DNA from: the human T2T-CHM13v2.0 reference genome, Homo sapiens
Reading direction: 5' to 3' (one strand)
NCBI RefSeq assembly: GCF_009914755.1
Contig: NC_060928.1
DNA length: 64,000 nt
Part shown: positions 44,476 to 59,841 of the stretch, in pieces
Position numbering within the stretch: position 1 is the first letter of the stretch
Layout: the number at the start of each line of letters is the position of its first letter
Notes under the pieces: model-generated
The model's input: only the letters and a program-made list of their open reading frames with translations
Databases searched by the model: none
Told to the model about the DNA's origin: nothing
Translations under genes and position numbers: made by a program

Positions 44476-47400
44476 TTTCCAACTTCAGTGTTTCTTGGCT
44501 GCTGTGAATACTGGATTACTAGTCAGAGACTGCTGCTACTCTGAACCCCATCTAGTATTACAATAGCAGCATCTTTGAGGCTAGGGTTTTAGCCACAGAA
44601 TTAACTGGGGGATGGATCAGGCAGTCTGTATTGGAGCAAAATGCTTATCTATTCAATGTGTCCTCCCTTCCCCAAGAAAATAATCCCCATGTTCTCATGT
44701 TCAATTTACATTCTTCATATTCCCTAATGCTTTATTTTTAGTTATTCTCACATTGAAACAAGACTCTATTTGGTCTTCCCAAATTCTGGAGTCGACTTGA
44801 CCATTTATAATCTTATAGATTTTAATTTAAGAAATGAAAACACATTTTGATTTGAAGGCTATTGCAACTTGAAACTAATACTTTTCTAACTGAGGTAGGG
44901 CTTTGCTTACTAGGCTTCGCCTATATCCTGATATTCATCATTTATTAAAATCTTTAAAATGCTCTTTATCTCTCTCCTGGAAAATAAATATAGCTCTCGA
45001 GCTGTTTTCCTTCTGGCGAAACCAGAAACAACAGCAGAATATTTAATAATAGATTGCTCTGAGAGCCAGGATCTCAACAGGCTTTGTAAGTGGGCTCTTT
45101 GCTTTCCCTGGGAGGATTGGCATCCATTTTACATAGTGGCAAACAGATGTGGGAACAGGATATTTTGTTCTTTTCAGAATCGTTTACACTAGCTTTAATT
45201 GACTGGAGGATTTGTTTTTTTTCTGTGAGCGATTTCTTCCCTATTTAATACATATTCATTTGTCTAATTGCAAAAGTTAGTCACCTGGCATAGCCAGAAG
45301 TGAAGTAATACAATGACTACAGTTATCATCTAATAAAGAGACACGTTTTCTTCTCATATCTTTAACATCTAATCTTTCTTTTCCGTTCTTCAAGTAATGC
45401 AGCAACGTGAGTCATATACCTGGGGCAAATCGACTGAACGTAAAAAATGCAAAATCCGAAATATAATTGTTGGTGATTTTTCTTGCATTGGGACAAATAT
45501 TTAATAACATTTTAATTTACTATGTTGTACTCAGAAGTTAGTTTTATATAATTTACTGTAATACATAACTTACTGGGCTCTGGCACTGATGGTTGATTTA
45601 CTTTTCTATCAGTTACTTAATTAGAATGCATTATTCATAGTTTTTCTGATGAGTGACCTAATTATTATGCTAATTATAATAATCTAAGTCTTCAATGTTT
45701 TCTAAAGCATCTTGCCTGATGGGGTTATTAAATACGTGTATAATTATGGTTTCATAAAAATTCAGAAACATGATTTGATAGACATTTTTATTTATACTTA
45801 GACTTTCAAGACCATCAAATATATCTTTTGCATTGAATTCAATTAATTTATTAAATATTATTTTCCTTTCCTAATATAAAGCTGCGAACCAGCGTAACAG
45901 ATAAAATGGCAACCAACTTCATCAGTAGTACTAAGAAGTGCAATAGAATTTTATACCCACTCTTGCTTTTGAGAACTTTGACTTTAACAAGAAAAATTTC
46001 CTTCATGATGCGAGAATTCTCTTAAAGTCAAAAGGAGTGAACTGACATGATATTTATTGTTATATTGACAAATTTTAATTATTCATGGGAGAAGCAACTG
46101 CGCTGGTGGTTATTATTAACTATTTATACCTGGGGCATGTTTTCGGTACTTTTCTACCTACTTCGTTTAAGGCATCTGGCCAAAATTATTACATTTGTAT
46201 GTGTCTAATTTCACAGCAAACTTAGTATTTGAAAATATTGGGATAGTGCATTGATTCCAGTAATAATAATTACATTTTAGCTAGCTCTCAAGGGCATCTA
46301 AAGCTTGAACATCAGACACACAATCAAGGTAACAGAAAGTGATATTTTGATGTCTGGTCTTAGACAAAGCAATTTGATAGCTCATGGCTAGGTCTATATA
46401 ACCAAGAACAAGTTAGGGTTAAAATACACATTGTGCTCAATTTTTTTGCAGCCTAGTTGTTCAAAGGATTTTTTGGAGAGCTGAACACTGTAACTCATGG
46501 CTTTTGTGAAAAGGTGATTCTGAAGAAATAGGACCAGCCCCTTTTCTGGTCACATCTCATTTTTGAGCACATAGGTATAGATGATGAAAATGAACATTGT
46601 TTAATTATTTAAGTGCTTGTAGACTGTAATGTTTTCTCTTATTATTTAACTCCCATTTTTTTCTGTATAATTTTTAAACCGTTGACTTCTATTTCAAACT
46701 CTGGAAGCCAAAAATTGTGTCCTCCAAAACTTAGCAAGTGGAAGACATTTGAGGACCTTATAGTCTCACTTGTTACTCTTCTCTTCTTCCTAGTCCTTTT
46801 TGAAATCTTTGGCCCATTTATGATAGGGAAACTTGTGTGCTGTGATCTGATAAAAATATCTTGATCTCTATTTTTATGGAGCTGCTGTAATTTGACACAT
46901 ATTGAACAGGCTACCTCCCCAAACCCCATGAAAGAAGCTGGTAGCTTCTATACAGAGATATTGATTTTCAGGTTGCAGGGTCAGAGTGTCATTTGAAATA
47001 TTGGTTAGAAGAAAAACCACCATTAGTAGTTTGTGTTTTGCTTGTTTTAAATAACTTTTGAAATTATGTGGGATAAAAATAAAGAAAAATTAGATTATTT
47101 CCTATCTCCAGCATCTAGTGAGCCACCTTTATGGTTCCATTGCAGTTCATAGAGAAAAAACACTGCCAAGCTAAAAAGCACTATACGGACTCTCTCTTCA
47201 ACTTTTTCTGTCAGTGTAGCACAGACATAACCTTGGGGTTTGATTGCTCGAAGGGTGGTAGGCAAGGTGTATCTCTGAGATACCTCCTTCTGCAAACTCT
47301 TTAAAGTTTGTTCCCCCACTTTTTTGGGGTAGAAGTAAGGAGTGGGAAAGAGATAATTATTACTTTCTTTAATTGATTGGTAGTGATGCCCTTCTTTTGC

Positions 47401-47814
47401 TGCTTTTTTGACTAATGGTAACTTATAATCAATGCCCTCTCTATGGTTGATGACCAAATACTGACTCCTCTTGGGACACATGTATGAGTTTCTGGGAGGA
47501 TTTTGTGGGATAACGTCACTGCTGTGTGAGGTGCAAGCTCTGGCCCTTCTCCTTCCACTCTCAGCAATAGTCAAAACAAGCCATCTCTCTCAGCTTCTTA
47601 TGGGAGGCATTCTGTCATGGGTGAACTGAACCTTTGGGTCAGGTCTTACCAAGATGGCTCAAGCATAGATGCCTTCTCTGGTGGTCACATGACCTACAGG
47701 AAACTCTTACTTCATTGCTAGGGCTGTGATGAAGAACTCTGTACATGTTGTAATGGATCTTGTGAGAACTTCTTTTGGAAGAATGGTACCAAAAGAACTT
47801 CTTTTGGTACCTAT

Positions 47815-49555
<1,741 letters not shown>

Positions 49556-49911
49556 TAGCTATGTTTATGACCTTGAGTAAGTCATATAACCCTTCTATGC
49601 CTGAATTTCTTATCAGTTAAATGGAGATAATAGTCAAAGAGTTGTTTTTGAATTATATATGGTCAGAGCATAGATGAGTGCTTGATGCATAATAAAAACT
49701 ATCTTTTATTCATATAAGACTTTTTTTTTGCAATTAGCTAAATGGTCTGCTATTTCTTTTACTTGTGTGTTTTCTGTTTTTTCTAGCCTTCAAAGTGAGC
49801 TGGGCACTTTTGGACTTTTTCAAAGCAAACGCTTTTAAACAAACTGAGTGCTTACCAGTTTGGTCCTAGATTTTGATTTTTTCCTCTTTTAAAGACAACA
49901 GTAAATATTAC

Positions 49912-50350
49912 CGTACTAGTTTTTCAGGGCTACTACAGCAAATTACCACAATCTGAGGGGGATAAAAAACAGATATTTATTCTCTCACAGGTTTAGGGGC
50001 TAGAAGCCTGAAATCAAGGTGTCAACAGAGCCATGTTCCTTCTAGAGGCAAGTGAAAGCTTCTTACTTGCCTCTCTCGTAGCTTTTGGTGGTTCTTTGGG
50101 TTTCAGATGCATCACTCCAATTTCTGCCTCTAGACAGGGCCATTTTCACTGTGTGCCTGTGTCTTTGTGTATCCTCTCATCTCTTACAGGGAAAATAGTC
50201 ATATTAAATTAGGGGCCCACTGTAGTTCAGTATGTTTTCATTTTAAAAAGTAATTACATCTACCAAGACTCTATAGTGTTTCCAGATAAGGTCACATTCT
50301 GAGGTTCTGGGTGGACAAGAATTTTTGAGGATACTCTTCAACTTAGTAAA
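49912..50350 (-). mobile_element. MLT1B/C solo LTR
   Basis: AAATTACCACAA…GAAATCAAGGTGTC…ATAAGGTCACATTCTGAGGT. Confidence 0.85.
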
Positions 50351-50430
50351 AGTACCAGAAGATATCAACCCCTTTTTTGTATTTCCTGAAGCAGTTAATC
50401 CTGAGACAATGTTCTTGATCTTAGCTATTC

Positions 50431-50595
50431 CTTTTTTTCTTTTTAAAAATTTTAAAAAATTTATTTTTTTTTTTATAGATCCAGGGTCTTGTTATGTTGC
50501 CCAGGCTGGTCTAGAACTCCTGGGCTCAAGCAATCCTCCCTGCCCCCAGCCTCCCAAAGTGCTGAGATTACAGACATGAACCACCACACTCAGCC
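50431..50595 (-). mobile_element. FLAM (free left Alu monomer)
   Basis: Monomer with CTGGGCTCAAGCAATCCTCC; TSD ATCTTAGC(T/C)ATTC. Confidence 0.88.
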
Positions 50596-53500
50596 AATCT
50601 TAGCCATTCTAATAGACATGCAGTGATACCTTGTTTTATTTGCATTTCCCTGGTAATGCATGATTTGGGGAATCTTTTCATATGCTTATTTGACATTGTC
50701 ATCAGTATATCTTGTTTGGTGAGTCTGTTAAGGATTTTGCCCATTTTAAAATTCAGGTTGTTTTCTTTCTTATTGTTGAGTTTCAAAAGTTCTTTGTATA
50801 TTTTGTAGTCCTTTATCATACATGTCTTTTGCAAACATTTCCTCCCACTCTTTGGCTTGTCATTTTATTCTCTTGATGGAGTCTTTTGCACAGCAGAAAA
50901 TGTTAATTTATATGAGGTTCAGCTTATCAATTCTTTTTTTCATGACTCATGCCTTTGGTATCATATATAAAAAGTCATCACCAAACTCTTAAGTCATCTA
51001 GATTTTCTCCTGTCTTATCTTTTAGGCATCATATAGTATATTAGTGTGTTCTTGCACTGCTAGAAAAATACCTGAGACTGGGTAATTTACTAAGAAAAGA
51101 GGTTTAATTGGCTGATAGTTCTGCAGGCTGTACAGGAAGCATGGCAGCATCAGCTTCCTGGGAGGCCTCAGGAAACTTACAATATTGGCGGAAGAAGAAG
51201 GGGAAGCAGGCACATATTACATGGCTGGAGCAGGAGAAAGAGCGAGAAGGGGGAGGTGCTACACACTTGTAAACAACCAGATCTTGTGAGCACTCACTAT
51301 CATTAAGAGCAGCACCAACAGGATGGTACTAAACCATTCATGAAGGACCACCCTCATGATCACTTACCTCCCACCAGGCCCCACCTTCAGCACTGAGAAT
51401 TACATTTCAATATGAGATTTCAGTGGGGACACACATCCCAACCATATCATTCTACCCCTGGCTCCTCCCAGATCTCATGTCCCTTCTTATACTGCAAAAT
51501 CCAATTATGCCTTCCCAACAGTCCCACAAAGTCTTAACTCATTCCAGTGTTAACTCAAAAGTCTGAAGTCCAAAGTCTCATCTGAGATGAGGCAAGTCCC
51601 TTCTGCCTATAAGGCTGTAAAATCAAAAATAAGTTAGTTACTCTCAAGATTCAATGGGGATAGAGGCATTGGGTAAATACTCCTATTTCAAAAGGAAAAA
51701 AATTGGCCAAAAGAAAGGGGCTCCATGCCCCATATAAGTCTCAAACCCAGCAGGGAAGCCATTATATCTTAAAGTTCCAAAATCTGTTTTGACTCCATGT
51801 CGCCCATCCAAAGTACTCCTAATGCCTTGGGAAGCCCTGCCCCTGTGGCTTTGCAGGGTTCAGCCCCTGTGGCTGCTTTCAAGGGCTGACACTGAGTGCC
51901 TGTGGCTTTTCCGGGTGTAGGGTGCAAGCTGTTGGTAGATCTACCATTCTGGGGTCTGGAGGATGGTGGCCCTATTCTCAAAGCTCCACTAAGCAGTGCT
52001 CCAGTGGGGACTCTGTGTGGGGGCTCCAACTGCACATCTCCCCTTTGTACTGCGCTAGTAGAGGTTTTCATGAGTACGTCACCCCTGCAGCAGGCTTTTG
52101 CTTGGACATCCAGGATTTTCCATGCATCCACTGAAATCTAGGTGGAGTCTCCCAACCTTCAACTCTTGAATTCTGCACACCTGCAAGCTTAACACACTAC
52201 ATGGAAGCTGCCAAGGCTTATGGCTTACACCCTCTGAAGCAGCAGCCCAAGTTGTACCTGGGCCCCTTTGAGCCATGGCTGGAGCTGAAGTGGTTGGGAT
52301 GCAGGGAGCAGTGTCCTGAGGCTGCACAGGGCATTAGGGCCCTGGCCCTGGCCCATGAAACCATTCTTCCCTCCTAGGCCTCTGGGCCTGTGATGGAGGG
52401 GCTGCCACAAAGGCCTCTGAAATGTCTTGGAGGCCTTTCCCCCATTGTCTTGGCTATCAGCATTTGCCTTCCTTTTAGCTGAGAGCCCACACTTCACAAG
52501 GCCAGGCTGCAAAATTTCCAAACTTCTATGCTCTATTTCCCTTTTAAATATAAATTCTAGTTTCAAGTCATTTCTGTGCTCATGCTTATGAGCATAGGTT
52601 GTTAGAAGCAGCCAGGCCACATTTTGAATGCTTTGCTGCATAGAAATGTATTTCACCTGATAACCTAAATCATCATTCTCAAGTTCAAAGTTCCACAGCT
52701 CTTTAGGGCAGGGGCACAATGCAATCAACTTCTTCGTTATACATAACAAAAGTGACCTTTGCTCCAGTTCCCAATAAGTTCCTTATCTCCATCTGAGACC
52801 CCCTCAGCCTCGACTTCACTATCCATATCACTATCAGCATTTTTGTCATAACCATTCAACAATTCACTAGGAAGTTCCAAACTTCCCCTTATTTTCCTGT
52901 CTTCTTTTGAGCCCTCCAAACTGTTCCAATGTATGCTCATTACTCAGTTCCAAAGTGCTTCTGCATTTCCTATACATTTTATAGCAGTACTCCACTCCTG
53001 ATGCCAATTTTATATATTAGTCTCTTCTCATACTGCTATAAAGAAATATCTGAGACTGGGTAATTTAATAATAAAGAGGTTTAATTGGCTTACGGTTCTG
53101 CAGGCTGTACAGGAAGCATGGAGGCATCAGATTCTAGGGAGGCCTCAGGAATATTACAATCATGGTGGAAGGTGAAGGGAATGCAAGAACATATTACATG
53201 GCTGGAGCAGGAGAAAGTGGGGGGAAGTGCTACACACTTTTAAACAAGCAGATATTATGCGCACTCACTCACTATTACAAAAGCAGCACTGAGAGGATGG
53301 TGCTAAAGCATTCATGAGGGACCACACCCAAGATCCAGTCACCTCCCACCAGGCCCCACCTCCAGCACTGGAGATTAAGTTTCCACGTAAGATTTGGGTG
53401 GGGACACAGATCCAAACCATATCATGTAGTTTAGCATTTTACATTCAAGTCTCGTCTATTTTGGGTTAATTTTTGTGAAGGGCATAAAATCTGTGTCTAG

Positions 53501-54050
53501 ATAAATTTTTTTGCATGTGGATGTCCAGTTGTTACAGCACTAGTTGTTCCAGCATCACATCTTTTTCCCATTGTATATTTTCTCCATCATATTTTTTATC
53601 CAACTTATTGTAGACAGATAAGCAAAACAATGTTTCTTCAAATGTTTAAACAAATGTCAGTGTAGTCAGTTGACTATACTGATCTGGGTCTATTTCTGGG
53701 CTCGCTATTCTGTTCCATTGATTTACTTGTCTCTTCTTTTGCTGATACCACACTGTTTTGATTAGTATAGCTTAATAGTAAGCCTTGAAGTCTCGTATAG
53801 TGTCTGTTCTCCAAATTTGTTCTTCAAGATTGTGTAGGCTATTCTGGGTCTTTGACCTCTCCATATAGACCTTAGAATCAGCTTGTCAATATCCACAAAA
53901 TAACTTTCTAGTATTTTTTAATCAAGATTGCATTGAATCTACAGATCAAATTGGGAATAACTGGTATCTTGACAATATTGGGTCTTCCTATTCATGAAAA
54001 TGCAATGTCTGAATTTATTTAGGTCTTTGATTTCTTTTATCAGAGTTTTG
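50596..54050 (-). mobile_element. L1MA/MB ORF2 3' fragment split by the MSTA element
   Basis: YKELLKLNNKK…REMQIK peptide; L1 sequence resumes at 53425. Confidence 0.8.
51037..53424 (-). mobile_element. Complete MSTA MaLR: LTR 51037-51449, internal 51450-53012, LTR 53013-53424
   Basis: Two direct-repeat LTRs; TSD TATAG/TGTAG; internal ORF remnants WNSLEGSKEDRK…GNWSKGHFCY and LWNFELENDDLGY. Confidence 0.95.
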
Positions 54051-54059
54051 GTATGCTGA

Positions 54060-54960
54060 TTTTTTGCTTTCAGTACTGAGGTTGAGAAGTCAGATGCCAG
54101 TCTGAGTCTTTTCTTTTGTAGGAGATCCACTTTTCTTTTTGTAAATTTCATTATTGTATCATAATATGTCTTAGATATTCTTCATTTTAATTATAATGCA
54201 CTTAGGTGGGATTTTTTTCTCATCTTTCCTGTTTGGTAATTGTCTTTGCCCATTCAGGGTGCGATAACAAAGATATCACCACCTCCTAATGCCATTGCAT
54301 TGGGAATTAGATTTCAACATGAGATTTTTTTTTGGTGGGGGGAAACAAATATTCACTCCATAACAGTAATTTATCAGCTTATGAAATTTTTCGATCTGAG
54401 ATCTTTTCTTTCTTTAATTCTGGCAAATGTATTCTTTTATTTCTTCAAATGTTTATAATTATGTGTTTCTTCTCTACTTCTAGAAACTCTATTATCTACA
54501 TGTTACCATCATAAATATACATACAAACACACATAATACACACAGACATAAGCATACACACATATGTATACTCTTTTATCCTTTTTTGCTGCCTTATGAG
54601 AGAGTTCACACATTATTCTTCATAGCTCACTATTTCATTCTTCAACTTATTTATCCTGGTAATCAACTTACTTACTATGCTATTTATTTTAGCTATTATA
54701 TTTTAAAATCCATTATTTCTACTTGGTTCTTCATTATAGTTTCTACTTACTGTTCTATGTTACTGATATCTTCCCTATCTTCTTTGGCTTATTTTGAATT
54801 CTTGGCCAATTTTTTCAACATTTCTGCTTCAGAGAAAGAATTTATGTGGTTCAGTTTGTTGTTTTTCATTAGCAATGGTAAATTCTCAGATACTTTTTTT
54901 TCCTTGCCTGTTTGTTTTTGTTTCTTGACTCATGGACTCATATTTCCTTGGGTCTAGTAA
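54060..54960 (-). mobile_element. HAL1/L1M ORF1-region relic
   Basis: RLRLASDFSTSVLKA resembles the L1/HAL1 ORF1 C-terminal motif. Confidence 0.5.
54241..54365 (-). mobile_element. 125-bp internally deleted MLT1A/MST-type LTR
   Basis: Both termini TGTCTT…TAACA and perfect TSD GTAAT. Confidence 0.75.
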
Positions 54961-55180
54961 TGCATATGAGGAAGGGACAAAGCCCAGAACCTAATCCATG
55001 CTCATCTTAGCAAGTTTAAGGAAAGGGGAAGATACGATCTCCAGATACCAACAAACTACTGTTGATATCACTCCCATTTGCTATCATTCCACCAAGCAAC
55101 TCAGAGTTTACCTTTAAATTAATAAAGAGAAGCAGCTTTGCAATAAAGCAGTATCTTTAGATTGTAAACTACCAGTTTAA

Positions 55181-55580
<400 letters not shown>

Positions 55581-56964
55581 ACACATTTTCATTACTTTTC
55601 ACCTTAGCAGGGTGATTTAAACTGACATTGCCAATTTTGATAGTGAAAGGGCAGGATATGATTATCTTAGGCTAACATGGGAGAGAGGCAAGAGCCAATC
55701 TAGAAGATTTTCATATCCTCCTACTTTTAGTTTTGGCTTTTGTTGATCCCAGGCTGCAATCAGTTATCTACTTCTTATACCTACTCCAGTTAAAGAAAGC
55801 TTTTTGTCCCTCAGGGTTTTCATGAGTCTATGTGTTTTGTGGGTGTGCCGGTTCCTGTAATCCATACTCCCCTCTTGCTTCTGCACTCCTCTAGGGCTGG
55901 GTCAAGCAACCCCATAGCGCATACTATTTTGCCATCTGTCCTGGAGCTAGGAAACCATGGTGTGCTTTCTACTTGGTACTGTGTGGATTTGGCTTAGTAA
56001 TGATGATGTACTCTGGGAGCATTTAGACTCAGAGAGAAACTTTCCATATTTGGCATATTCCCAATGCTGTGACAAAGGACACAGTCACAGCCGATCACTC
56101 TGCTAGACTTTGATTGAGGGCCTTGTTATTAACTGGCTTCAGATGAAATTTTAAAAGAAAAGGATATTTTTTACATTGGCATTTGAGAAATTGTGCTACA
56201 GAAGCAGTATATACTTGTCCTTTCACTTGACAGAGAACACAAAGTACTTTGAGTTGTTCATGGCTCCCTCAACATATTTCGGCAAAAAAGCTGATGTTTT
56301 AAATTTATTGACAATCTTAGGAGGAAGACTTACTAAATTCTTCAACTCAACTCAAATGTGTCCAAATGTAGCCTACCATTAATTATAATACTAGCTATAT
56401 AAGTAGACTGTAAAGTAATCAGTTATTAAAGTAAATTAAAACATTCTTCTGAAGTTCTTTCCTTCTATTATACTTCATTTAGACCTGATGGGTATATATA
56501 AAATATTGGTCATCTGGCCACTAGCAGATACCAGATGAAACCAATACATTATGTCACAGAGGGTGCTAGACCTTTAGTTGGGATGTGTATGAAAGTGTAA
56601 AGCAAGATGTGTAATGTATTTGCATTTCACCTTGGCCTAAATCCCTCCCAAGTACAAATATTAGGGTTTTTCCTTTCATATCATCAGCGTTCCTTTGGGA
56701 GTTAGGGAGTCCCTTTCCTATTTTGAGGGCTTTATGACTTTCCTGGATCATTGCAAAAAGGAATGTGTGCACCCAACACAGTTCAGATTAGGTCGAGCAA
56801 AATCTTAGTTACAGATGAACATTACATGGGTAACATGGATACCATGGTTAAGTGACTGTTTTAATCAGCGAACACCCTCAGCAGATGACAGCAAGAACAG
56901 CTTTACATAGCTTTTTAACAAAAGTGACATGAAGATATTCTCTTAAATGTAGTGGTTTAATAGC

Positions 56965-57440
56965 TTCACAAATGCTTATTGAGCATCTGCCACATGCTAG
57001 GGATTTTTCTAGACTTAAGGGACCACAGTGAACAAGATAAAGTTCTGCTGTCATTGTTTACAAGGAGACAAAAAGTGAGTGAAGTACGATGTAGTAAGTT
57101 CTAAAACATAGTAAAATTGGGTGAGGTGATAGAGAGTGACTGGGAAGGTACTTTATCTTGGGTGGTTAAAGATGCCTTGTTGTGAGGATGACATCTAAGC
57201 TGATACCAGAAAAATACAAGAAGATTGGAGACACAGTATGCCAGGTGGAGGGAAGAGAAAGTCCAAAGTGCCAGAGTCATATATTTTCAAGAAGAGAAAT
57301 AAGTATGGACTAAACAAGGTGATTGAAAGGGAGAATAGTATGAAATAAGATTGAAGAATAGGTAGAAGCCAATTCATTCAGGGCTTGTGGACCCAGAAAA
57401 GGAACTTGAATATTATTTTAAGGGTAATGGGAAACACATC
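56965..57440 (-). mobile_element. L2 3' part (continues after 59840)
   Basis: CAAATGCTTATTGAGCATCT…CAGTGAACAAGA…GTAATGGGAA. Confidence 0.7.
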
Positions 57441-57582
57441 AAATTGATTTGCAGTCCTGCCATCTATCCCTTTAAAATATTCATGAAATGTGACTATTTC
57501 TCACCATCAAACCAGTACTTTCCTTTCTCAAACCCTGCTCCCGTAATTATTACTCTTTCTGCTGGATAATTTTTAGCATTCT

Positions 57583-59829
57583 GTTTTTTAACTTTTATTT
57601 TAAGTTCAGGGATACATGTGCCAGTTTGTTACATAGGGAAACTTGTGTTACAGGGGTTTCTTGTAAAGATTATTTCATCACCCAGGTCTTAAGTCTAGTA
57701 CCCATTAGTTATTTTTCCTGATTCTCTCTCTTCTCCCAGCTTCTACCCTCCCAATAGGTCCCATTGTGTGTTGTCCTCCTGTATGTGTCCATGTGTTCTC
57801 ATTACTTAATTCTCACTTATAAGTGAGAACATGTCATAGTTGGTTTTCTGTTCCTGTGTTAATTTGCTAAGGATAATGACCTCTAGCTCCATCCATGTCC
57901 CTGGAAAGGACATAATCTCTTTCTTTTTTATGATTGCATAGTATTCCATCGTGTGTGTACCACATTTTCTTTTTCCAGACTATCACTGATGGGCATTTAG
58001 GTTGATTCCATGTCTTTGCTATTGTGGACAGTGCTACCATGAACATATGTGTGCATGTTTTTATAAATGAGTGATTTATATTCTTTTGGGTATATGCCCA
58101 TTAATGAGATTGCTGGGTTGAGTGGTATTTTTGTCTTTAAAACTTTGAGGAATCACCACATTGTCTTCCACAATGGTTGAACTAATTTACACTCCCACAA
58201 ACTGTGTATAAGCATTCCTTTTTTCTCTGCAATCTGGCTAGCATCTGTTATTTTTTGACTTTTTGATAATAGCCGTTCTGACTGGTGTGAGATGGTTTTT
58301 CATTGTGGTTTTGATTTGCATTTCTCTAATGATCAGTGATGTTGAGCTTTTTTTTTCTCATATGATTGTTGACTGTATGTATGTCTTCTTTGAAAAGCAC
58401 CTGCTCATTTCCTTCACCCACTTATTATTGGGGTTGTTTGTTCTTTTCTTCTTGTGAATTTGTTTAAGTTCCTCATAGATGATGGTTATTAGATCTTTGT
58501 TGGATGGATAGCTTGCAAAAATTTTTTTCCCATTCTGTAGGTTGCCTGTTCACTCTGATGATAGTTTCTTTTGGTGTGCAGAAGCTCTTTAGTTTAATTC
58601 GATTTCATTTGTCAGTTTTGCTTTTGTTGCAATTGCTTTTAATGTCTTCATCATGAAATCTTTGCCTGTGGCTGTGTCCTAAATGGTATTGCCTCGGTTG
58701 TCTTCCAGGGTTTTTTTTTTTTTTAATAGTTCTGGGTTTTGTATTTTAGTCTGTAATCCATCTTGAGTTAATTTTTGTATATGGTGTAAGAAAGGGGCCC
58801 AGTTTCAATCTTCTGCATATGGCTAGCCAGTTATCCCATTTATTGAATAGGGAATCCTATTTTTGGTTGGTAGGCCATTTATTTGGTAGTGGCTTGGGGT
58901 GGGGTGCTGAGCAGGTTTGAGTGCTTTCTATGTGCCCTGCAAGCAGTTGTGACCACTCAGGGTGTGGGAGGATCCCCTGTTCTCTGCTCAGTGTCAGTGC
59001 AAGGGCTGGTCACTGGTGGGGCGGGGCTTGCTGGCTCTCTGCTTACCAAGACTGTCTGCAATGGCGGTTGGCGGGGGATCTGGGGGCATACTGCACTCCG
59101 TGTGCTGGGGGTCAAGTAAAGCAAAACCCACCTGTAAAGACGATGACCAGCAAAGTGATTTGGGAGTTGCTATGGGGTTGGGGGAAGCTCCAGTATGGGG
59201 AAGGAACATGTGAGCTGGTGCATGGCCATAGGGGCTGCCTTGCTGGAGCTCTTCACTGGTCAGGCATGGTCAGCTGGCACATAAGCTATGGTGTGGGCTC
59301 CCCAGGGCACCCAAGACTCCCCTGTAAGCAGGCATGGCCAGGCTGGGGCCCCAGGAGAGGCCAGCAGACCAAGGAGCGCTCACGTCTCACCAGCCCTGTC
59401 TGATGTGCAAGATCTCCCTGCAGATACCAGGTCTGACAGTTCTTCTAGGGCTAAAGTCTCTTATGGGAAGAAGTCAAGCCTAGGGGCATTGGTTGTCCCT
59501 GGCGGTGCTCCACTAAAAGATGCTCCAGCATCAAACTCTCCCTCTGGGCTCCACATCAGCTGGTGTGCTGCCCCATCACATCTCCAAGAAGCTCTCCCAG
59601 CCACCTCAAGAATCTGTGGCGGTCGAGAGCTCCCCTCCTGCTGGGGTTCCAGAGGGCCATGGTGAGAGCGGGTTACTCCTTGCCAGTTCAACTCGCCTGT
59701 TCTCCTAGAGCTGTTGTAGTTCCAAAATGAGTCCTGGTGTGTGGTTCCCAGCTTTCAGCCTAGCTTCTGTGTCTTCCCTTCATCCACTTTTGGTGCCTTC
59801 CCTCTGAAGATCTGCAGAGTCCAGGGCCC
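57583..59829 (-). mobile_element. Internally deleted L1PA (approx. PA12-PA15): ~0.95 kb 5'UTR joined to ~1.27 kb 3' end
   Basis: 3'UTR and ORF2 end 57583-58858; GC-rich 5'UTR-like segment 58859-59814; probable TSD TAG(C/T)ATTCT at 57574 and 59830. Confidence 0.8.
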
Positions 59830-59841
59830 TAGTATTCTTTT

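Noticed and set aside
57440-57573. Oppositely oriented L2-like piece next to the L1 tail as a 3' transduction
   Set aside because: No second polyA tail, and the probable TSD lies directly at the L1 tail, leaving this piece outside the insertion.
58883-59708. ORFs of 160 and 125 aa
   Set aside because: Chance frames in GC-rich L1 5'UTR sequence.
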